From a virus: DNA of 64,000 bases. The stretch lies in the IMG/VR virus record IMGVR_UViG_3300045988_175656; one strand, written 5' to 3'. Both the position numbers and the translations under genes were made by a program. The notes beneath the pieces were generated by a model, which made no database searches, was not told the origin of the DNA, and saw only the letters and a program-made list of their open reading frames with translations. This document shows, one piece after another, positions 53,780 through 62,689 of the stretch (position 1 is its first letter; every line of letters starts with the position of its first letter).

Positions 53780-54373
53780 ATGTGTATTGCAAATATAGTC
53801 ACAAAAAGAAAAGTAACATTTGATTCATTGATTTGTAAATGTAAGAGTATTAATGATATAGATTCAACAAAACCAACTCTTATTATAGGGTGGGAAGAAG
53901 TTAAATCAATATATGGGAAGGATATATCCATATTGGAAAAACAAATTAATGAAAAAGTATTCTGGACATTTGATAAAACTGAAAGAAGAAATGATTATGA
54001 AAAAGATATAAATGCTTTTTATTATTTCATTATTAAAGACTTAATAAAAAATGTTAAATATTCATTTATTAATGTTATAACAGCACAATATTCCTTAATA
54101 AAGAGATTTCTTAATTTTGTTAAGGGAAACAAAACAAAGTATATATATATTGATAATAATAGATTTGTGTTCATATATTGTGATGGTGTTGTATGTGGAA
54201 TATCTTTAGATGATTTGAGATATATGGATATTAACATTAATAAATGTTTAAATATATTAAAATCTAATTCAAATAATCATATTGTAGAGAATGATTCGTT
54301 TCTTTCAATTAAATTAAAACGTATAATTGGTGATGATAAAATGATAATACCTTATTTATACTCAATTATTTAG
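53780..54373 (+). CDS. hypothetical protein
   Basis: 197-aa ORF downstream of promoter 53715..53749. Ile/Asn/Lys-rich with no motif recognised. Confidence 0.5.
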   Translation: MCIANIVTKRKVTFDSLICKCKSINDIDSTKPTLIIGWEEVKSIYGKDISILEKQINEKVFWTFDKTERRNDYEKDINAFYYFIIKDLIKNVKYSFINVITAQYSLIKRFLNFVKGNKTKYIYIDNNRFVFIYCDGVVCGISLDDLRYMDININKCLNILKSNSNNHIVENDSFLSIKLKRIIGDDKMIIPYLYSII

Positions 54374-54408
54374 ATTTATGAAATATTTATCTAAAAAAGT
54401 AATAATAT

Positions 54409-54690
54409 ATGGCACAACGTTTTTTTAATAAGACTACACGTGTAAAATACGTTAGACCTTATAGTAATAATGCAATGGTGAAAGCTGAAGCTATTGCAGA
54501 AAATAAAGAAGAAATTATGATTGATAATAAAAAAATAGAACAAGTAGAAGATTTACTTAACAATATGGAAGGTAAACCAATGCCAAAACAAAGAGTTAAA
54601 GTTGATAAAAAAGACAAAGGCATTATTGAAAGAACTGAAAACTCAAAAATAGTTCTAACTGAAGATAATAAGATGGTATTAAACGACTAA
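54409..54690 (+). CDS. hypothetical protein
   Basis: 93-aa ORF in an operon with the flanking genes. Confidence 0.45.
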   Translation: MAQRFFNKTTRVKYVRPYSNNAMVKAEAIAENKEEIMIDNKKIEQVEDLLNNMEGKPMPKQRVKVDKKDKGIIERTENSKIVLTEDNKMVLND

Positions 54691-54697
54691 TTTTCCA

Positions 54698-55486
54698 ATG
54701 GATAAAAAGTATTTAAAAGAACATAATCTACTTGAATCCCAACAAAAGTTTAAACAATTATGTGAATATACATTCATTAGTACACCATTAGCTGAAGATG
54801 ATGATGACATGGATAATAGTCAGAATCCTCAACAGGGCGGTAATAATCAACAAATGCCACCTATGGATAATAATGGTAGCAATATGCCACCAATGAATGA
54901 TATGCCCCCACAAAATAGTCAAGACCAAGATATGCCACAAGATGATTCTATGACAGGTGGCGAAGTACCTAATGGTGGTGAATTAGGAGATACTTTACCT
55001 GATGATTTGGGTGGTGAGGATGACACAGAAGTTGTTGATATGGAAGGTGATGATGAAGAAGTCATTGATGTTGATGATTTGACAAATTCACAAGAAGAAA
55101 CAGAACACAAGGTTGAAGATGCTAATATGAAAATTCAACAAGTTATGGATAAAATAGATTCATTTCTTGGCGCATTGAAAGCAAATGATGAAAAAATAGC
55201 TGATTTGACACATGAATTCCAAAAACGTGTGCCAACTGAAACTGAAAAATTAAATTTACGTTCACAAGCTTCATATCCTTATTCTATAAAGCCAAAAGAT
55301 TATTGGGATGATAAAGCAACTTCTTCTAATTATGATGTAATGTATGATAATGATGTTGCACCTGATAAAGAAGAGAAGGAATATACAATCAAGCAATCTG
55401 ACATTAGTGGTGGAAATGCCAAAAGCATAGCAGACACTTTTGATGTTAAAGATGATATGGATTTGGAGAAGATATTTGGTGTGTAA
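54698..55486 (+). CDS. hypothetical protein with long acidic low-complexity region
   Basis: 262 aa. Residues ~33-125 are D/E/Q/N/P/M-rich (DDDDMDNSQNPQQGGNNQQMPPMDNN...EGDDEEVIDVDDL). A strong terminator follows. Confidence 0.55.
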   Translation: MDKKYLKEHNLLESQQKFKQLCEYTFISTPLAEDDDDMDNSQNPQQGGNNQQMPPMDNNGSNMPPMNDMPPQNSQDQDMPQDDSMTGGEVPNGGELGDTLPDDLGGEDDTEVVDMEGDDEEVIDVDDLTNSQEETEHKVEDANMKIQQVMDKIDSFLGALKANDEKIADLTHEFQKRVPTETEKLNLRSQASYPYSIKPKDYWDDKATSSNYDVMYDNDVAPDKEEKEYTIKQSDISGGNAKSIADTFDVKDDMDLEKIFGV

Positions 55487-55509
55487 TAAACATTTACAAA
55501 TATAATTTG

Positions 55510-55551
55510 ATAATGGTCAATAATTTAATATTTATTGACCATTATTTTTTT
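55510..55551 (+). terminator. rho-independent terminator
   Basis: 14-bp stem ATAATGGTCAATAA / TTATTGACCATTAT followed by TTTTTTTG. Confidence 0.7.
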
Positions 55552-55577
55552 GTAAAAGTGGTAAGTATGGAAAATAA

Positions 55578-55592
55578 GTCGTATATTTGCAA
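55578..55592 (+). promoter_or_regulatory. Bacteroidota-type -7 element (GTCGTATATTTGCAA) upstream of the SSB gene
   Basis: The 15-mer is identical to those at 7567..7581 and 29424..29438 (reverse complement). TTTGTAAAAGTG lies upstream at a longer spacing. ATG at 55661. Confidence 0.6.
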
Positions 55593-55660
55593 TGTAATTT
55601 AAGTCGGCTGAATTATAAATAAATTTTAATAGAATAATAAAATAAAAAAGTTAAGTATTA

Positions 55661-56662
55661 ATGGAAAATGTTAATATCCCACAAGATAGTATTTGGGCAC
55701 AAAAAGATGAAATAGATTCTAAGAAAGTCTATAAAAAAGTAAATTTTGATACAAAAAATTATTTAAACGTTAAGTTAAAAGACAGCGAAGTTACACGAAC
55801 AGTAACAATTAGATTATTGCCTTTCACTCCTGAAGGTGGTAGCCCATTCCACTTAATCCATTCACATGGTATTAAGGTTAATAAAGAATTAGCCCCACAA
55901 TCAGCAAAACCATATAAAGCATATGTATGTTGTAAACATACAACAGAACTACATGAAAAATATGGAAACAAATGTGCAATTTGTGATGCTCATGACGAAT
56001 TTAGTCGCAAGATGAAAACGGCTGAGACAGAGGAAAAGAAAAAAATGTATTCTGATTTGGAGTTCCAAACTAGAAAATCTGAAAGTTGGATTGTTCGATG
56101 TATTGAGCGAGGTAAAGAAGATGAAGGTGTTAAATTTTGGAAATTTAACGTTTCAAAGAAAAATGATGGTATTTATGACAAATTATTTAATTTGTTTAAA
56201 TTAAGAAATGATGAAGCTTTAAATGATGGTGATAAGGAAGGGTATAATATATTCGACTTATATAAAGGTAAGGATTTAGTTCTTACTTTGACAAAAGCAA
56301 CAGACGGAAAAGTAAGTATTAGTATTGCTGATGCTGGTAGACCATCTGCTTTATCAAAAGACCCTGAGAAAATAAAGGAATGGGTTAATGACCCAAAACA
56401 ATGGACAGATGTTTATGGTGTAAAAACTTATGATTATCTAAAAGTTGCTTTAGCAGGAGAAGTACCTTATTTTGACCAAGATTCAAAAACTTTTATTTCA
56501 AAGAAAGAATTTGAAGCTAAAAATAAACAGGAAACTGAAAAAACTGAACAAGAAATAATCGAAGAAGCAGCAGCAATTCAAAAAGCTGCAAATGCAACTG
56601 AAGATGAAGAATTGAGTCAGGTTGAAACGATTGAAGGACCTGCTGATGACCTTCCATTCTAA
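55661..56662 (+). CDS. T4 gp32-like single-stranded DNA-binding protein
   Basis: 333 aa. TIRLLPF (T4 VIRFLP), zinc site CCKHT...CAICD (T4 C..TH...CPVC), ESWIVRCIERGKEDEGVKFWKF (T4 SYWANILVVKDP..EGKVFKYRF). Acidic C-terminal tail ending DDLPF. Confidence 0.8.
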   Translation: MENVNIPQDSIWAQKDEIDSKKVYKKVNFDTKNYLNVKLKDSEVTRTVTIRLLPFTPEGGSPFHLIHSHGIKVNKELAPQSAKPYKAYVCCKHTTELHEKYGNKCAICDAHDEFSRKMKTAETEEKKKMYSDLEFQTRKSESWIVRCIERGKEDEGVKFWKFNVSKKNDGIYDKLFNLFKLRNDEALNDGDKEGYNIFDLYKGKDLVLTLTKATDGKVSISIADAGRPSALSKDPEKIKEWVNDPKQWTDVYGVKTYDYLKVALAGEVPYFDQDSKTFISKKEFEAKNKQETEKTEQEIIEEAAAIQKAANATEDEELSQVETIEGPADDLPF

Positions 56663-56683
56663 AAGAATGTATTATGAGAAATT

Positions 56684-56710
56684 CTGACCAAAATTATTTT
56701 GGTCAGTTTT
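56684..56710 (+). terminator. rho-independent terminator after the SSB gene
   Basis: CTGACCAAAAT-T-ATTTTGGTCAG followed by TTTTCC. Confidence 0.65.
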
Positions 56711-56732
56711 CCTCTAATAATTAAATGTAAAT

Positions 56733-57344
56733 ATGGCGAAATTATATTACTATTACGGAACAATGGGTTCGACAAAAACTCTAACTTTACTTACATCAGC
56801 ATATCAATTTGAGGAAAAAAATATACCATTTTTGTGTATGAAACCATCAGTTGATACAAGATGCGAAGAAAATATGATTGAATCAAGAGTCGGTGTTAAG
56901 AGAACCTGTGTTACCATACACCCATCATATAACATATATTCATTGGTTGATAAATATAATCAATCAAGTGATGCAATACTTCAAGATAAACTAAAATGGA
57001 TATTAATTGATGAAGCTCAGTTTTTGACTGAAGAACAAATTGACCAACTTGCAGCAATTGTTGATGAATTTGATATTAATGTTAGCTGTTATGGACTAAG
57101 AACCGATTTTAAATCTAGTCTATTTCCAGGCTCTAAACGTTTATTTGAATTGGCAGATACAATTGAAGAAATTAAGTCACCTTGTTCATGCGGAAGAAAA
57201 AGTATTATCAATGCTCGTATTGATGCTAATGGAAAATTAGTTATATCAGGAAAACAAGTAATGATTGGTGGAGATGACAGCTATATACCTTTGTGTCGTA
57301 AATGCTGGAAAGAAAGAATAACAAAAGAAAATACTAACGTTTAA
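56733..57344 (+). CDS. tdk: thymidine kinase
   Basis: 203 aa. P-loop YGTMGSTKT, Walker B ILIDEAQF, C-terminal zinc ribbon CSCGRKS...CRKC. Confidence 0.85.
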   Translation: MAKLYYYYGTMGSTKTLTLLTSAYQFEEKNIPFLCMKPSVDTRCEENMIESRVGVKRTCVTIHPSYNIYSLVDKYNQSSDAILQDKLKWILIDEAQFLTEEQIDQLAAIVDEFDINVSCYGLRTDFKSSLFPGSKRLFELADTIEEIKSPCSCGRKSIINARIDANGKLVISGKQVMIGGDDSYIPLCRKCWKERITKENTNV

Positions 57345-58535
57345 ATGGCTAAACAAGCAATTAAAAAGAAAGATGTCAGTGCATTTGACATCAAATCAAT
57401 TAAAAATGAAATAGGTATTGGGGTCGAAACTTCAAAGGATATAAAGAAAAGTAACTCTGATAAGCCTTTGGAATGGATAACTTTACCAGAAGCTTATCAA
57501 GAAGCGGTTAAGTTACCAGGTATTCCAATGGGGTATTTAACATTGTGTAGAGGATGGTCAGATACAGGTAAATCTACACTTAAAAATTGTATCATTGCTT
57601 CAGCAATGAGAATGGGGATTATTCCTGTTATTTATGAAACAGAAGGTAACTTCGATTTCCAACATGCGGTTGATTGCGGTATGGAAGCAGAACCCGTGTA
57701 TGGAGAGGTGGAAGTAGTAGATGAAGAAACAGGGGAAATCAGAGTAGAAACACAAGTTATAAATTATGATGGTAACTTCATTTATTTTGACAATGATTTG
57801 TTAGCAAAAACGTATGGTAATAGAGATTACGATACTTCAACAAATAAAAAAGAATATAGAACTTATCCAGTCATTGAGGATATTGCATATAGTATGAATT
57901 GCCTTTTGGATATGCAAGATGAAGGAAAATTAAATAAACCATTATTGTTTATTTGGGATAGTATTGGAACAGTAACTTCTTGGAAGAGCTATAAAAGTAA
58001 AGCAGGTGGTAATCCAATGAATGAAGCAGCAGCATTAACAAATGCATTCAATATTATTACAAATGTTAGAATACCTAATTCTAGAAAGATGGCAAACCCT
58101 TATACTAATACAATGTTTTGCGTTAATAAGATTTGGAATGATGGAATGAATTCTATGAATGGTTTACCTTCTTTGGAGTTGAAAGGTGGTAAAAGTATGT
58201 ATTTCAGTTGTCGATTATTAATTCATGTTGGTGGACAAGCAAAGGCTTCAACTAAAAAATTGAAAGCTACATTAAAAGGTGAAGAATATAAGTATGGTAT
58301 GGTTACTAAGATTGAAATTGTTAAGAACCATTTACCAACTCCATATAATGTAACTTATAAAGGTGAAATTTGTTGTGTTCATAGTGGAATTATTGGCGTT
58401 GATGACATTGACAAATACAAGAAAGAACAAATTCCATTAATTATGGAAAGATTGAAAGCAAATACAGATGTTGATTTCTCAAATGTGGATGAATCTGATA
58501 TTAAGTTTGAGGAAGAAGATGAAATGGAATCTTAA
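57345..58535 (+). CDS. RecA-superfamily recombinase-like ATPase (UvsX/RadA-like)
   Basis: 396 aa. GIPMGYLTLCRGWSDTGKSTL (Walker A; compare UvsX IPMMNIALSG...GPSKSFKS), LLFIWDSIG (Walker B; UvsX VVFIDSLG), LKGGKSMYFSCRLLIHVGG. Confidence 0.65.
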   Translation: MAKQAIKKKDVSAFDIKSIKNEIGIGVETSKDIKKSNSDKPLEWITLPEAYQEAVKLPGIPMGYLTLCRGWSDTGKSTLKNCIIASAMRMGIIPVIYETEGNFDFQHAVDCGMEAEPVYGEVEVVDEETGEIRVETQVINYDGNFIYFDNDLLAKTYGNRDYDTSTNKKEYRTYPVIEDIAYSMNCLLDMQDEGKLNKPLLFIWDSIGTVTSWKSYKSKAGGNPMNEAAALTNAFNIITNVRIPNSRKMANPYTNTMFCVNKIWNDGMNSMNGLPSLELKGGKSMYFSCRLLIHVGGQAKASTKKLKATLKGEEYKYGMVTKIEIVKNHLPTPYNVTYKGEICCVHSGIIGVDDIDKYKKEQIPLIMERLKANTDVDFSNVDESDIKFEEEDEMES

Positions 58536-58561
58536 TTGTTTAATTTTTAAAAATTATAAAA

Positions 58562-58942
58562 ATGAAAGTTTTACTTAAAAAAGAAGGATATTTTGAGTTT
58601 GATGAAACAAAATTCACTAAAATTCCTAGTGATGTATTTAATGCGATGGCAACTACTTCGTTTGAAATTGTTGAAAAAGTAGATAGTAATATTCCTGAAG
58701 TATTATATTTTAAGAATATGAAAGATTATATGACACATGCTTCAAGTGAGAAATATATTTTTGATAAAACAAAAGATGTTTTTGTTTCACAAAAAGGTGA
58801 AATATTTGTGTATTTAAATTCTGTTATAAAATCAGGTAGTGTTATAGTTGATAACAAAGGGTTATCTTCAACAATAACTGCAAAAGATATTAAGTCAAAT
58901 GTCACAACCAATTCCGAAAAAGATAGTACAGGCAAAGCCTGA
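58562..58942 (+). CDS. hypothetical protein
   Basis: 126-aa ORF. Its 3' end overlaps the FEN gene start by 44 nt. Confidence 0.45.
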   Translation: MKVLLKKEGYFEFDETKFTKIPSDVFNAMATTSFEIVEKVDSNIPEVLYFKNMKDYMTHASSEKYIFDKTKDVFVSQKGEIFVYLNSVIKSGSVIVDNKGLSSTITAKDIKSNVTTNSEKDSTGKA

Positions 58943-60104
58943 GTTAGCTGAAAAGACTTTTAATACATTATTAATTGATGGGTCTAATTTGTTAGAAATA
59001 TCTTATAATGGAGATAAAAGATGTAATTCTGAAGGGAAACAAGTAGGGGGAATTTTTCAATTTCTCCTACAAATTAAAATATTACTTCAGAAAGGAAATT
59101 TTGATTATGTTTATACTTTTTGGGATGGTGATAAATCTGGTCAAATGAGATATAATTTATACCCTTTATATAAAGCAAATAGAGATAAAGTGTTTGATGA
59201 ACCCAATTTGTCAGATTATTCTAAATCTGTTAATGAAACAGTAAGACAAATGATGAAGTGGGCTAAAGAGAAACAAGCAAAAAAACGTGAAGAAAATCCT
59301 GATAAGTATCAACAAAAATTAAAAGATAAAGAGGTCTTTTATTTTCAAAGAGAAGCTGTTATGAAATGTCTTGAAGAGTTGTTTGTTAGACAATGTATTT
59401 CAGATGGTGTAGAAGCGGATGATTTTATTGGTTATTATGTAGTACATAAAAAACCAAATGAAAGAATTGTTATTTTATCTGGTGATAGGGATTTAACTCA
59501 ATTAATTCAAAAAGATGTAATCGTTTATTGCCCATCCCCAAATATGAAAACATTCCTGAATCTAGAGAACCATAAGGATTTAATTGGTTATAGAGCAGAG
59601 AATGTATTGGTTAAGAAAATCATTTGTGGTGATGTGTCTGATAATATAAAAGGTATTAAAGGGGTTGGTGAAGAAACTCTTTTAAAACATTTTCCAGAAT
59701 TAAAAGAACGAGAAGTGCATTTAGAAGAGATTTTAGAGCGTTCTAAACAAATGATAGAAGAACGTAAGGCTGATAAGAAAAAACCTCTAAAATGGACGGA
59801 AAACATCATTAATCGAGTTACTGATGGAGTACAAGGCGAAGATATTTTTGAAATTAATGAAAAAATAATTAATTTAAGAAAACCTTTACTAACCCCTGAA
59901 GCAATTGAACAAATAGATTCAATGATGTATGCCCCATTAGACCCAGATGGAAGGAGTTTACAAAACCTATACAATATCATTTTGTCTTATGGGATTGATG
60001 AATTGAAGGATAGTAATAAGTTTGGTAATTTTTTTATTGAGTTTAAGTACTTGATTGATAAGGAAGAAAAGTTTTTTAAGAAAGAAAACTCTAAAAACAA
60101 ATGA
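58899..60104 (+). CDS. 5'-3' exonuclease / flap endonuclease (T4 RNase H-like)
   Basis: 401 aa. N-terminal LLIDGSNLL, GVEADDFIG, SGDRDLTQL, H3TH GIKGVGEETLLKHF. Confidence 0.8.
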   Translation: MSQPIPKKIVQAKPELAEKTFNTLLIDGSNLLEISYNGDKRCNSEGKQVGGIFQFLLQIKILLQKGNFDYVYTFWDGDKSGQMRYNLYPLYKANRDKVFDEPNLSDYSKSVNETVRQMMKWAKEKQAKKREENPDKYQQKLKDKEVFYFQREAVMKCLEELFVRQCISDGVEADDFIGYYVVHKKPNERIVILSGDRDLTQLIQKDVIVYCPSPNMKTFLNLENHKDLIGYRAENVLVKKIICGDVSDNIKGIKGVGEETLLKHFPELKEREVHLEEILERSKQMIEERKADKKKPLKWTENIINRVTDGVQGEDIFEINEKIINLRKPLLTPEAIEQIDSMMYAPLDPDGRSLQNLYNIILSYGIDELKDSNKFGNFFIEFKYLIDKEEKFFKKENSKNK

Positions 60105-60110
60105 TATTTT

Positions 60111-60146
60111 ATTGGCAAATAACAAAAATAAGTTGTATATTTGCAC
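60111..60146 (+). promoter_or_regulatory. Bacteroidota-type promoter (ATTG-N21-TATATTTG)
   Basis: ATTGGCAAATAACAAAAATAAGTTGTATATTTGCAC. The -7 box is at 60136..60143 and the downstream ATG at 60228. Confidence 0.6.
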
Positions 60147-60227
60147 TACGAAACGGAAATGATAATAGCGTTTTAAAAGAAATTTTATCAAAAATATGTA
60201 TGTCAAATTTTGTTTACAAAAATTAAA

Positions 60228-61067
60228 ATGGAACAAAAAAGAGAATATCGTCAAGAACGTTTTCAATTTGTATTATCAGTGAATGATAATATTATTTGTC
60301 AACGTTATTTTAGAATAAACGGTTTCAATGAAGATTCTTTAAATTCTTTGGAGCTGAAAGAAACGGTTGATGAAATTACAACTGGTATCATTTCATCAAT
60401 TCCTCTTCAGGGAATGGATAAATGTTTAACAGGAATGGACAGAGGTTTGATAAACTCTGACCTTGTATCAAAAAGTCGTGTTTATTTGTGGTACACAAAT
60501 AACAAAATGCCAATGAAACTTACTGGTTTCGAAAATCCAGCTGAAGCTACATATATTGAATATGAAAATGCTGAAGCTGATATGGAAGAATGGGTTGGTA
60601 AAATGCAAAACCCGTGGGAAATAACATTCAAATTTTCTTTCTTGGTGGATGAAAGGGAAGTTTGTACAAGAATTTGGGATGGCAGTGCATATCCTAAATA
60701 TGTTAGGGATAGTGTAGACATTACTAACAAGAAAAGTTCATATGAGAATGAAGATGTAAATAGATTATCTTTTTCTGCGAACCTTATCAGACACATGACT
60801 ATTGACAAGACTGACTTAGTGTATAGTATTATTGAAAAGTTTTGTGATGTATTAAGTTCAACTTATACAAAACAATATTATTATACAAAAGTTTTGAATT
60901 ATGGCAATGGTAAACAAAAATCTAAACATGGCAAAAAAACTTACCATTTAAATAACAAATATTATATTAATAGTTTGGAAAAACTGTACGCCAATAAAAC
61001 AAAACTGTACATGGATTCACTTTATCCATCGAGAAAAGAATGTGAATACTATAACAATTGTTTATAA
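60228..61067 (+). CDS. hypothetical protein (replication-module gene)
   Basis: I prefer ATG 60228 over the track's TTG 60210. About 279 aa. Downstream of promoter 60111..60146 and immediately upstream of the DnaB-like helicase, so a loader role is only a positional guess. Confidence 0.5.
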   Translation: MEQKREYRQERFQFVLSVNDNIICQRYFRINGFNEDSLNSLELKETVDEITTGIISSIPLQGMDKCLTGMDRGLINSDLVSKSRVYLWYTNNKMPMKLTGFENPAEATYIEYENAEADMEEWVGKMQNPWEITFKFSFLVDEREVCTRIWDGSAYPKYVRDSVDITNKKSSYENEDVNRLSFSANLIRHMTIDKTDLVYSIIEKFCDVLSSTYTKQYYYTKVLNYGNGKQKSKHGKKTYHLNNKYYINSLEKLYANKTKLYMDSLYPSRKECEYYNNCL

Positions 61068-61076
61068 TAAAAAAAT

Positions 61077-62507
61077 ATGGTAGAAAATTCAAAAAACCGA
61101 GATAATTTAGGTTATCTCGGTCCTGAATTTCAATATAAATTAGTAAGGGCATTTATGGATGACCATAAATTTTTTGTAGGCATCAATAACATTATTGACC
61201 AAAACATGTTTACAGAAAGTGCACTTAGAACTTATGTTGGAGTGTTAAAAGAGTATTATGAAGTACATGAGATGATACCTTCTTATCAACTCATGGAAAT
61301 TGAACTTCGTTCAAAGTCTAAAAATGATTTAGAAATTCAAACATATGTAGATACTTTAAAAAAGATTAAACAAACACCTAATGAGGGAATTGATAGTATA
61401 AGAGATATTGCTGATAGGTTTTTTAAACAACAGAATTTAACTAAAGCTATTAATAAGATTAGTAAAGTCATTGAAAATGGCGAATATGACAGATATTATG
61501 AATGTGAAGATATAATTCGTAAAGCTCTTGAAGTTGGAAGTGAAGAAGATTTAGGAATTGGTGTGTTTGACAATCTTGAATTAGTTCTTTCAGATGATTA
61601 TAGATGTCCAATTCCAACAGGTATTGGTAAAATTGATGAAACTTTGGAAGGTGGTTTAGGTAAAGGTGAACTTGGTATTGTATTAGGTCCATCATCATTT
61701 GGTAAAACATCTTTAACAACTGCAATGGTTTCTTATGCTGCAACTTATAAGTGTGATAAAAACGATTATAAAGGCTTTAAAGTCCTACAAATCGTATTTG
61801 AGGATAGGGAGAAACAAATTCAACGTAAACACCTTGGTAGAATTGCTGATGTTGAAGCAAAAGATTTATCAAAACCAAACTTTAAAGAACAAGTTTTAAA
61901 ATCTATTAATAATTTTGAAGATTATGAATTAATTAAAAATAATATCAGAATTATTCGTTTTCAAAGTGGTGAAAAAACTGCAAGTCAAATAAGACAATTT
62001 ATTAAAAAGTTGATAAATTCAGGATTTAAACCTGATATGGTTATTGTCGATTATTTTGAATGTGTTAAACTTGAAGCAGGAACAACAGCAGGTGATAATG
62101 AATGGTCAAGAGAAGGTATTACAATGCGTAAATTTGAATCTATGGCTAACGAACTGGATATTGCATTATGGGTTCCAATTCAAGGTACTAAAGATTCTCT
62201 TGGGGCTGAATTGGTTACAATGAGTCAAGGTGGTGGTTCTGTAAAAAAAATTCAGATTGGTCATATTATTATGTCTATTGCTCGTACAATGGAAAGCATT
62301 GAACGTAATTTGGCAACCATTGCAATTCTTAAAAATCGTGCAGGTAAAGCTGGTAAAGTATTTAACAATGTTGAGTTCAATAATGGTACATGTAGAATCA
62401 GTACTGATAATATTGACGAATTTAATATGGTTGAATATAATGAGGATAAACAAAAACAAAGAGAACAACTTGCCAAAGAAGTGATTAATGGACTTGGTAA
62501 GAAATAA
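61077..62507 (+). CDS. DnaB-like replicative DNA helicase (T4 gp41-like)
   Basis: 476 aa. GIGKIDETLEGGLGKGELGIVLGPSSFGKTSLT (Walker A), MVIVDYFE (Walker B), RecA-like C-domain. A terminator follows. Confidence 0.7.
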   Translation: MVENSKNRDNLGYLGPEFQYKLVRAFMDDHKFFVGINNIIDQNMFTESALRTYVGVLKEYYEVHEMIPSYQLMEIELRSKSKNDLEIQTYVDTLKKIKQTPNEGIDSIRDIADRFFKQQNLTKAINKISKVIENGEYDRYYECEDIIRKALEVGSEEDLGIGVFDNLELVLSDDYRCPIPTGIGKIDETLEGGLGKGELGIVLGPSSFGKTSLTTAMVSYAATYKCDKNDYKGFKVLQIVFEDREKQIQRKHLGRIADVEAKDLSKPNFKEQVLKSINNFEDYELIKNNIRIIRFQSGEKTASQIRQFIKKLINSGFKPDMVIVDYFECVKLEAGTTAGDNEWSREGITMRKFESMANELDIALWVPIQGTKDSLGAELVTMSQGGGSVKKIQIGHIIMSIARTMESIERNLATIAILKNRAGKAGKVFNNVEFNNGTCRISTDNIDEFNMVEYNEDKQKQREQLAKEVINGLGKK

Positions 62508-62512
62508 TTACT

Positions 62513-62543
62513 AAAAAACGAGTACTAAATATGCTCGTTTTTT
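62513..62543 (+). terminator. rho-independent terminator after the helicase gene
   Basis: AAAAAACGAG-(11 nt)-CTCGTTTTTT followed by GTTTTT. Confidence 0.6.
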
Positions 62544-62689
62544 GTTTTTATATCATAAAAATTTTTAAAAATTTTTTCTTTTTGATTATCAAAAAATTAA
62601 ATAGTAAATGTTGAAGTAATTTATATTATAGCTTATAATTTATAAAAACAGATGCTTATTTATAAATTACAAAATTTAATGTTTTAATT

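Noticed and set aside
58536-58561. 14-bp AT-only palindrome AATTTTTAAAAATT between the recombinase-like gene and the next ORF
   Set aside because: Pure A/T palindromes of this size are expected by chance in this composition, and it would form no stable hairpin. It is not reported as a terminator.
60210-60227. TTG start at 60210 for ORF 60210..61067, and ATG 30480/30489 for ORF 30480..31625
   Set aside because: In-frame ATGs at 60228 and 30501 give A-rich leaders like the other genes and avoid overlap with the upstream stop. The alternative starts cannot be excluded without N-terminal data.
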